NCBI GenBank assembly: GCA_007131165.1
Contig: SLRB01000129.1
Location: 1-39,640, forward strand
Length of the DNA stretch: 39,640 bases
Source of the DNA: Bacteroidales bacterium
GTDB lineage: Bacteria > Bacteroidota > Bacteroidia > Bacteroidales > PUMT01
Reading direction: 5' to 3'
Shown: one piece after another, positions 10,103-18,217 of the stretch
Layout: each line of letters opens with the position of its first letter
Numbering within the stretch: the stretch's first letter is position 1
Made by a program: the position numbers and the translations under genes
The notes under the pieces: generated by a model
Databases searched by the model: none
What the model was told of the DNA's origin: nothing
The model's input: the letters and a program-made list of their open reading frames with translations, nothing else

Positions 10103-10573
10103 ATGACAAAACCTCCCAAAATAACAGTGTATACCGATGGGGCCGCACAAGGCAACCCTGGTCCGGGAGGCTATGGCATTGTACTTATGTCCGGCAGGCA
10201 CAGGAAGGAAATTTCCCAGGGTTTCAGGCTTACAACCAACAACAGGATGGAGCTTCTTGCAGTTATAGTAGCCCTGGAGACTCTGAAAATACCCGGAAGC
10301 CATGTAACGGTCTATACAGATTCACGCTATGTTGCTGATGCAGTGGAAAAAAAATGGGTGTTCAGCTGGGAAAAGAAAGATTTCAAAAATAAGAAGAATC
10401 CCGACCTTTGGAAACGGTTCCTAAAGGCCTACCGAAAGCACAATGTCACTTTTATATGGATCAGGGGCCATGCCAACATCAAGGAGAATGAGGTATGCGA
10501 CCGCCTGGCGGTCAGGGCAAGCAAGGCGGGCAACCTGCTCGAGGATAAGGGCTACCAGCCAGGCGGTGAATAG
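10103..10573 (+). CDS. rnhA: Ribonuclease HI
   Basis: VYTDGAAQGNPGPGGYG, NNRMEL, TDSRYV and WIRGHANIKENEVCDRLA: the canonical RNase H1 DEDD motif order. Confidence 0.9.
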   Translation: MTKPPKITVYTDGAAQGNPGPGGYGIVLMSGRHRKEISQGFRLTTNNRMELLAVIVALETLKIPGSHVTVYTDSRYVADAVEKKWVFSWEKKDFKNKKNPDLWKRFLKAYRKHNVTFIWIRGHANIKENEVCDRLAVRASKAGNLLEDKGYQPGGE

Positions 10574-10790
10574 TTTTTTAACATAACAATTCTCATCAGC
10601 CATCATTGATGGCAGTAAATTGCCATTGTTTCAACAACTGCACGCAAACTGTTCATATACGTACATCGTGTGTATGGAAACAGATAGCCGGTTGTCTTTG
10701 TCGCTGCTTTACGAGCCATACAATCAATGATATAGGGTGTGTGGCATTTATATTGATATATTCAAGGTGAACAATAATTTTTGAGCAGCG

Positions 10791-13148
10791 ATGTTACGAA
10801 ATTATATAATAACGGCATTCAGAAACCTCCTAAGGCACAAAAGCTTTACGGTTATCAACATACTCGGGCTTTCCATCGGATCTGCTGCATTTATCCTTTT
10901 GATGCTGTATGTGATCAGCCAGTATTCGACCGACAGGTTTCACGAGAACAGATACCGGATATTCAGGCTGGAATTCAATAACCAGGTTATCCATCCTCCA
11001 CAGAATGCCGGTTTTCTGGCTGGAAACTTCCCGGAAATAGAAAGGCTGACCAGGATAAATTTCTATAACTCATCACAACCTTTTGATTATGGCGACGACA
11101 GCTACATGTTTACCAATATGATCTGGGCTGATTCATCGTTTTTTGATATCTTTTCATTTACGCTGATTCAGGGTAACAGAGATGAAATATTGACCTCCCC
11201 CTTTGAAGTTGTTATTACCGAGAGTTTGGCAAAAAGGGTTTTCAGGAATGGAAGCCCTGTAGGGCGCGTTATTTACATGAGAAATAACCAGCCTTTTACA
11301 GTTACCGGCGTAATAGAGGACCTGCCTCCTAACTCCACCATACAGGCAGATGCAATAGGGTCTTTTTTATCGGTGCCATGGAGTATGGGTTTCGCAGACC
11401 TGGATGAACTGTCGGCTTATGCGAATTTCCATATTTACCTGCTGTTGGGTGAGGGAACCGATGCCGGGATGCTGGCTGAGAATATTCACCACGAAAGATT
11501 TCAGGAGAGCGGACTTTCCGATGAGGTCGATTTTGATCTGACCGTCAGGCTGAGGCCCCTGTTGGAGACCTATTTTGTTGAGGGTGTGGAGTTTGATCAG
11601 GCTATTAAAAAGGGCAACAGGTCTTTTGTGCTGATTTTCCTTACAGCTGCAATCTTTATCCTTCTAATAGCTGCAATTAACTTCGTGAATCTCTCGACAG
11701 CAGCAGCTTCACTGAGAGCCAGGGAAATTGGCGTGAGAAAAGTGGTGGGGGCTGCACGGCCCTGGCTTGTAATGCAGTTCCTGGTAGAAACGGTAATTTT
11801 GTGTATTGCCGCCGCGATAATTGCAGTTGCTGTTGTTGAGCTCACCCTTCCCCATTTTAACAGGCTGGTGCTGGCAGATATTCATATCAATTATGTTTCG
11901 GGTTTCCTTCTTGCTGTCTTGTCAGGAGCGGTGGTGCTGGGTGTTATAGCAGGGTTGTACCCCTCTTTTTACCTTACTTCGTTCAACCCGGTAAAGGTGC
12001 TTAAAGGCAATGGTTCAAAAGGCCCGGGGGCAGGTGTTTTCAGAAGGCTACTGATTATCGTTCAGTATGCCATATCAATAATATTGATAGTTTCAACACT
12101 TGTTGTAACAGGGCAGATCAGGTTTCTCAAGAACAATGACATGGGGTTTGATAAGGATAATGTTGTATATTTTTATCTTTCCGGTCAAGAGTATCCTGGA
12201 ACAAAGGATCTTTTAAGGGAACGTTTGCTTGAAGACCACGGCATAATGCACGTTGCATACTCCAACAGCATCCCCGGAAGGGTTGCAATGAAACAGGGGT
12301 TCTATTATCTTGACGATGTAAATAGCTTTTATTCGCTGCCGGTAACCGACAATTACCTTGAGCTGATGAATATAGGGATTGCTGAAGGACGCGACTTCTT
12401 AGAGGGAAGCCGGTTTGATCGTGAGAACGGCTATATCCTGAACCGCACCGCGGCCAGGATGATATTCGGCAACGAGCCTGCCGTGGGTAAGAGGTTCCGG
12501 CTGTGGGAAAGAGAGGAGTTTGGCGAGGTGATTGGTGTGGTAGAAGACTTTAACTTCCATTCGCTGCATACAGCGGTTGCGCCACTGGTTATATATTACA
12601 GGCCGGAATGGTGCAATATGGTTAATGTGAGGTTAGAGAAAGGCCGTGAAAGAGCCGCGCTCGACCATATAGAAGATGTATGGTCTTCACTGTTCCCCGG
12701 AAGGGCTTTTAATTACTGGTATCTTGAAGAAAGTTTTAAATCGCTTTACCGGACTGAGGAACGCTTCGGCAGGATGTTCGGAAATGCCGCACTGCTGGCC
12801 ATATTAATAGCAACAGTCGGCCTCTACGGCCTTACCTCTTTCATGGTTCTCAGAAGAACCAGGGAGATCGGAATACGAAAAGTCATGGGTGCAGGTGAAT
12901 GGAAGATTACTGGTATGCTTGTCGGCGATTTTACAAAATGGGTTCTTCTGGCGAACATTGTTGCATGGCCTCTGGCATGGTATTTTATGAATGAATGGCT
13001 GGCAGGTTTTGCTTACCGTACTACAGTGGGAGTGCATTTTTTCATTACCGCCGGTATACTGGCTTGGCTTATCAGCTTCTTAACCGTGTCGGCACTGGCC
13101 CTGAAGGCCTCGCGTACAAATCCTGCCCAAACCTTGAGGGATGAATAG
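10791..13148 (+). CDS. ABC-transporter permease, double FtsX/MacB-type (paralog 1 of 4)
   Basis: 785 aa. N-terminal MLRNYIITAFRNL, two FtsX modules (REIGVRKVVGA and REIGIRKVMGA) separated by large extracytoplasmic domains, and a C-terminal NPAQTLRDE. No nucleotide-binding domain. Confidence 0.85.
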   Translation: MLRNYIITAFRNLLRHKSFTVINILGLSIGSAAFILLMLYVISQYSTDRFHENRYRIFRLEFNNQVIHPPQNAGFLAGNFPEIERLTRINFYNSSQPFDYGDDSYMFTNMIWADSSFFDIFSFTLIQGNRDEILTSPFEVVITESLAKRVFRNGSPVGRVIYMRNNQPFTVTGVIEDLPPNSTIQADAIGSFLSVPWSMGFADLDELSAYANFHIYLLLGEGTDAGMLAENIHHERFQESGLSDEVDFDLTVRLRPLLETYFVEGVEFDQAIKKGNRSFVLIFLTAAIFILLIAAINFVNLSTAAASLRAREIGVRKVVGAARPWLVMQFLVETVILCIAAAIIAVAVVELTLPHFNRLVLADIHINYVSGFLLAVLSGAVVLGVIAGLYPSFYLTSFNPVKVLKGNGSKGPGAGVFRRLLIIVQYAISIILIVSTLVVTGQIRFLKNNDMGFDKDNVVYFYLSGQEYPGTKDLLRERLLEDHGIMHVAYSNSIPGRVAMKQGFYYLDDVNSFYSLPVTDNYLELMNIGIAEGRDFLEGSRFDRENGYILNRTAARMIFGNEPAVGKRFRLWEREEFGEVIGVVEDFNFHSLHTAVAPLVIYYRPEWCNMVNVRLEKGRERAALDHIEDVWSSLFPGRAFNYWYLEESFKSLYRTEERFGRMFGNAALLAILIATVGLYGLTSFMVLRRTREIGIRKVMGAGEWKITGMLVGDFTKWVLLANIVAWPLAWYFMNEWLAGFAYRTTVGVHFFITAGILAWLISFLTVSALALKASRTNPAQTLRDE

Positions 13149-13200
13149 GCACCCGGCAGGAGGCCACCAGGTATGCCTCTGACAGTTAAAAAAATCACCC

Positions 13201-15540
13201 ATGATAAGAAACTATTTCATTACAGCATTGAGAAAACTTATAAGGAACCGGGTCACCTCTGCCATAAATATTGGTGGACTGGCTGTGGGAATTGCAGCTT
13301 CGATATTGATCATGCTGTATGTATTCAACGAGCTGTCGGCCGATAAATTCAATGAGAATTATGACAGGATATACAGGCTGGAGGTGGGCGATTTCATGGT
13401 TACCGGATCAGCGCAGGCCTTGTTGCTGAGGGGTAATTTCCCGGAAGTTGAGCAGACTGCCCGTATGGACTTCAGATACAGTCCACTTCTCAGATATGGA
13501 GAGCAGAATTTCAGGCTTGAGGAGTTTGCCTATGCTGATTCTTCAATATTCGACATATTTTCATTCAGGTTTCTGAGAGGCGATCCTTCATCTGCACTCC
13601 ACCTGCCCTTTTCTCTTGTACTGACAAGCTCACGGGCCCGGATGATATTCGGAGATAATGATCCGGTCGGTGAGACGGTAGTATTTGACAACAACAGGAA
13701 ATATACAGTAACCGCAATTATTGAGGATCCGGAAAACTTTCACCTGCCCGTAAAAGGGCTTGGCTCATTTTCTACATTACAGCATATCGAAAATAATGAT
13801 GATTTTGACAGCTACCTCTTCAGCTATATGAATTTCTTTACATATGTGCTACTGCATGAAACAGCCGATCCTGAAACAATGGCAGAAAAGTTTAATGATC
13901 TTGTCGACGAAAGGTTTCCTGATGCCAGGTTTTTCAGCTTCAGGTTTCGTCCACTCAGCAATATTTATTTTAACAGAGATCTTGACGATTCGCCACCTGT
14001 ACGACACGGTAACCTGCCCCTTGTGCAAACACTGATCGTGATTGCGGGACTTATACTGATTATTGCCATAGTGAATTTTGTTAACCTGGCGACTGCAAAT
14101 GCTTCTGCCAGGATGGGCGAGATCGGGGTCAGAAAGGTAGTTGGGGCAGACCGGAAAGATCTTGTATTTCAGTTTCTTGCCGAATCGGTAGTATTAAGTT
14201 TCATGGCTTTCCTGGTCGGAATAATCATGGCAGAGCTTCTGCTCCCTGTTTTTAACAACCTTCTTTTAACCGACCTGAACTTAAGCTCTTTCGGTAGCGT
14301 ACCGTTTTTTTTCTCTGTCTTGCTTCTTGTATTACTGACCGGAATACTTGCTGGCATATATCCTGCGTTTTACCTGGCATCACTCGGCACCAGCGCTGTG
14401 CTGAAAAAAGGGGGCACCGGCGGAATGGGTGCATTGTGGTTCAGAAGAACGCTTATTGTTCTGCAATTTACTATATCGGTAGTGCTTATTGCCGGGACGC
14501 TTTTGGTCAGCAGGCAGGTCAGTTATATGAGAAATAAGGACCTCGGGTTTGACAAGGATAATGTATTGCTTGTAAGAATAAACAGTGATATTTCCCGCTC
14601 TGTAGATGCCTTCAGGGACAGGCTTATGGAGCATGATGCAGTAGAATCTGTATCATTGTCTAATAATCTTCCTGGTTATGTTACCTGGTTCAATACATGG
14701 GTAATTGAAGGTGAGCGGAAGACCCACAGGTTTTTGCCGGTAGACCCTGAGTATATTGACCTGATGGATATTGAGATCATTTCAGGCAGGAACTTTGATA
14801 TTGACCGGCCGGCGGACCGCGAATTTACCTATATCCTGAATGAGGAGGCGGTAAGGTTTTTTGGGTTTGATGATCCCGTGGGAGAGGAGTTTATGGTAGG
14901 CGGACAACAGCCGGTCAGAATTATAGGGGTTGTAAATAATTTCCATTTCAGGTCATTGCATGAACCTGTGGGGCCTTTGGTCATGGGCTGGCAACCGCGA
15001 AACCTGCGCCTGGTCAATATCCGGACTAATGGATTGGATCAGGCAGGTGTTATTGAGCATGTTGGGAATCTGTGGGAAGAATTTTCACCCGGCACTCCTT
15101 TCGAGTATATGTTTCTCGACAATGAGATTGATAATCTCTACATTTCCGAAATAAGGATGAGCAGCCTTTTCGGATATTTTGCCATTCTTGCTGTTATCAT
15201 TGCATGTATGGGCCTGTATGGCCTGAGCATATTTGTCACAAACCGGCGCACCAGGGAAATTGCTATAAGGAAGGTTATGGGTGCCGGTGAATTTCCTGTT
15301 GTGATTATGTTGACAGCCGAGTTTGTCAGATGGGTCCTGCTTTCAATCTTCATAGCCTGGCCGGTTGCATTGTTTGTCATTACCAGGTGGCTGGAGAATT
15401 TCCCCTACAGGATAGAACCTGGCATATTTGCCTTGGCTCTACCGGGATTGCTGGCATTATTAATCTCAACTCTTACAGTGGGCGGAAGGGCGTGGAAAGT
15501 TGCAAGGCTCAACCCGGCTGATTCTATTCGATACGAGTAA
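13201..15540 (+). CDS. ABC-transporter permease, double FtsX/MacB-type (paralog 2 of 4)
   Basis: 779 aa with the same architecture: MIRNYFITALRKL, GEIGVRKVVGA and REIAIRKVMGA, and a C-terminal NPADSIRYE. Confidence 0.85.
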   Translation: MIRNYFITALRKLIRNRVTSAINIGGLAVGIAASILIMLYVFNELSADKFNENYDRIYRLEVGDFMVTGSAQALLLRGNFPEVEQTARMDFRYSPLLRYGEQNFRLEEFAYADSSIFDIFSFRFLRGDPSSALHLPFSLVLTSSRARMIFGDNDPVGETVVFDNNRKYTVTAIIEDPENFHLPVKGLGSFSTLQHIENNDDFDSYLFSYMNFFTYVLLHETADPETMAEKFNDLVDERFPDARFFSFRFRPLSNIYFNRDLDDSPPVRHGNLPLVQTLIVIAGLILIIAIVNFVNLATANASARMGEIGVRKVVGADRKDLVFQFLAESVVLSFMAFLVGIIMAELLLPVFNNLLLTDLNLSSFGSVPFFFSVLLLVLLTGILAGIYPAFYLASLGTSAVLKKGGTGGMGALWFRRTLIVLQFTISVVLIAGTLLVSRQVSYMRNKDLGFDKDNVLLVRINSDISRSVDAFRDRLMEHDAVESVSLSNNLPGYVTWFNTWVIEGERKTHRFLPVDPEYIDLMDIEIISGRNFDIDRPADREFTYILNEEAVRFFGFDDPVGEEFMVGGQQPVRIIGVVNNFHFRSLHEPVGPLVMGWQPRNLRLVNIRTNGLDQAGVIEHVGNLWEEFSPGTPFEYMFLDNEIDNLYISEIRMSSLFGYFAILAVIIACMGLYGLSIFVTNRRTREIAIRKVMGAGEFPVVIMLTAEFVRWVLLSIFIAWPVALFVITRWLENFPYRIEPGIFALALPGLLALLISTLTVGGRAWKVARLNPADSIRYE

Positions 15541-15641
15541 GATATTTCTGACAAGTTGTAACCTGTAGTGTAATTGTACGTCATAAAGGCAAAGCTGTTT
15601 ATTTTGCTTTAAAACCTGTTATTAACATATGACTTAATTGA

Positions 15642-18035
15642 ATGATCAAAAATTACATATTGATCGCTGTCCGGAATATCCGAAAAAGAGGAGTCTTTTC
15701 GGTAATAAATATTGCCGGGCTTTCAATCGGGATGGCTTGCAGTATTCTCATCCTGATGTGGGTAGACCACGAATTGAGCTATGACCGTTTTCATCCCAAA
15801 CAGAAGGATATCTACCGCCTCGGCTTCAGGGCCGAGATGCTCGGTACCTCGATGGATGTGCCTGTAGCCATGGCTCCCCTGGCCAGGGAACTTAAAGAAA
15901 CATTTCCCGGCATAGATGATGTTGTAAGGATTGATGTGCCTGAAAACGTCAATGTTAGCGTTGGTAACGAGCATTATGTCGAACCCCTGGTTATCAAAGC
16001 AGACTCTTCATTTTTCACCTTTTTCGGGTTTGAGCTTGAGACAGGTGATCCAGGCAGGGTACTTAGTCACCCCTTCAGTATAGTTATAACCAGGGATATG
16101 GCAAGGAAGTATTTTGGCGATGAAAACCCGGTTGGTGAGGTTATAAGGTTAAATAATTCCCATGATTACACTGTTACAGGCATTGCTGCAAATCCTCCGT
16201 CTAATTCTCATATCACTTTCAGCGCAGTTGTACCGTTTATGTCTCTTTACGAGATACGACCCTCCGGATCAATGGACCACTGGCTCAGCCTGTCCTACTT
16301 TACATACTTCAGGGCAAACAACAGTTATGAGGAATCTGTTTTTTTCGGAAGGCTCGAAGACCTTTTTGAAGAAAGATTCGGAGAGCAATCGCGGGAGTAC
16401 GGTATTGCCCTTGATCCGTTCCTTCAACCGGTTAGCACCATTCACCTGAACTCAAACATGCTTATTGAGCTTTCGCCTCCCGGTAACAAAGCAAGTGTTT
16501 ATATTTTTTCAGCTGTTTCGGTTTTCATTCTTTTGCTGGCATGTATTAATTTCATGAACCTTTCTACAGCAAAGGCATCATTACGGTCAAAAGAGGTTGG
16601 AATAAGGAAAGTTTCGGGTGCGTCAAAAAGCCAGCTTGTCAGGCAGTTTCTGGGAGAATCGGTCATATATGCACTGGTAGCAGCAGTTATTGCAGTTCCA
16701 ATGGTTGAACTCGGTCTGCCCTATTTCAACAATATTACAAACCTTGACCTCTCCTTTTTCAGCACTAACAACCACCGGATCCTGTCGGCGTTCCCTCTTT
16801 TTGTTGTGTTCGTCGGACTTTTGGCGGGAAGCTATCCTGCCTTCATACTTTCTGCCTGGAACCCCGTCAGGACTTTAAGGGGAGGGAAAACCGAATCCAG
16901 CGGGCGTTCGCGGCTCAGGAGCGGCCTGATCGTCTTCCAGATGATTATATCGGTAACCCTGGTGGTCTGCACCACCTTTGTGTGGAAACAGATGAATTAT
17001 ATCAATAGTAAGGATCTGGGGTTTACAAAGTCTGACAAGATCATTGTAAACCTTATTACGCTGGACCTGCGGAACCGATACCAGGTAATTAACCAGCACT
17101 TGCAGGGTGTCCCCGGTGTTAACGGTATTGCTTTTTCAACCTCTTTCCCGGGAGAGGAGTTCAGCGGTACCGTATTCCAGCCCGAAGGTGCTGATGAGGA
17201 GAGCATAATCAGTTTTATGCATGCCGATCCTGAGTATTGCGGTCTCATGGATATCAGGATTAAAGATGGAAGAAATTTTGACCCGGTTTTTGCCACAGAT
17301 ACAATGGCGGTGCTTATAAATGAAACAGCGGCTCGTACATTCGGCTGGAACGACCCTGTTGGAATGACCATAGGACGTCAGCGCGGGGATAACAATATTG
17401 AAACTTATACCGTGATCGGTGTGGCAGGCGATTTTCACTTCAGGTCAATGCACCAGTTGGTTGAACCTCTTATAATTCATCTTTTAAGAGGTTATCCCAG
17501 GTATATGACCATTGATATTTCGCCGGTAAATTTTCATCTTACTATTGCCGGTATTAAAGAAGCATGGGAAGAAATAAATCCGGATGACCCGTTCGAATTT
17601 GCCCTGTTGTCTGATAAATATGATTTCCATTACAGGTCGGAAATACAACTGGGCCGCATATTTACCTTCTTCAGCCTGCTGGCATTCCTGATAGCCGCAC
17701 TCGGTATGTACGGCCTGTCTTCATTCATGGTGGAGAACAGAACGAAGGAGATCGGCGTGCGAAAGGTTTTCGGGGCCAACGAGGTATCAATTGTAATGAT
17801 ATTTTTCAGGCAGTTTGGATTATGGCTCTTATTTGCGAATATAGTGTCATGGGTTCTGGCATGGTATTTAACTGCCAGATGGCTTGAGATTTTTGCATAC
17901 CGGATACAGTTAGATAACCCATTTGTTTTTGCCGGAGCAGCTTTGATGTCGGTAATGGTGGTGTTCATTGCTTCAGGGTACCAGTCACTAAAAGCGGCTT
18001 TAATCGATCCTGCCAGATCTCTGCGTTACGAATAG
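15642..18035 (+). CDS. ABC-transporter permease, double FtsX/MacB-type (paralog 3 of 4)
   Basis: 797 aa: MIKNYILIAVRNI, KEVGIRKVSGA and KEIGVRKVFGA, and a C-terminal DPARSLRYE. Confidence 0.85.
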   Translation: MIKNYILIAVRNIRKRGVFSVINIAGLSIGMACSILILMWVDHELSYDRFHPKQKDIYRLGFRAEMLGTSMDVPVAMAPLARELKETFPGIDDVVRIDVPENVNVSVGNEHYVEPLVIKADSSFFTFFGFELETGDPGRVLSHPFSIVITRDMARKYFGDENPVGEVIRLNNSHDYTVTGIAANPPSNSHITFSAVVPFMSLYEIRPSGSMDHWLSLSYFTYFRANNSYEESVFFGRLEDLFEERFGEQSREYGIALDPFLQPVSTIHLNSNMLIELSPPGNKASVYIFSAVSVFILLLACINFMNLSTAKASLRSKEVGIRKVSGASKSQLVRQFLGESVIYALVAAVIAVPMVELGLPYFNNITNLDLSFFSTNNHRILSAFPLFVVFVGLLAGSYPAFILSAWNPVRTLRGGKTESSGRSRLRSGLIVFQMIISVTLVVCTTFVWKQMNYINSKDLGFTKSDKIIVNLITLDLRNRYQVINQHLQGVPGVNGIAFSTSFPGEEFSGTVFQPEGADEESIISFMHADPEYCGLMDIRIKDGRNFDPVFATDTMAVLINETAARTFGWNDPVGMTIGRQRGDNNIETYTVIGVAGDFHFRSMHQLVEPLIIHLLRGYPRYMTIDISPVNFHLTIAGIKEAWEEINPDDPFEFALLSDKYDFHYRSEIQLGRIFTFFSLLAFLIAALGMYGLSSFMVENRTKEIGVRKVFGANEVSIVMIFFRQFGLWLLFANIVSWVLAWYLTARWLEIFAYRIQLDNPFVFAGAALMSVMVVFIASGYQSLKAALIDPARSLRYE

Positions 18036-18217
18036 GAGTCCGTTATCGTACACCGGATGTTCCGGAACCGTACAGAGCCGGAACTCAAAAACACCTTTTC
18101 CGTATAGGCTGATCGGCGGATAATCAGAGATATATGCAGATTGGCCCGGATTTTGGGTTTTATTGTGAGAAATCAACCGTGGCCATCGGTGCTGTACCAG
18201 GAATAAATGACATAATA

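Noticed and set aside
18134-18217. The N-terminal 28-aa extension of FtsX paralog 4 given in the ORF track.
   Set aside because: The three paralogs all begin M-[LI]-[RK]-N-Y. The internal ATG at 18218 restores that alignment, and the extension has no signal or TM character.
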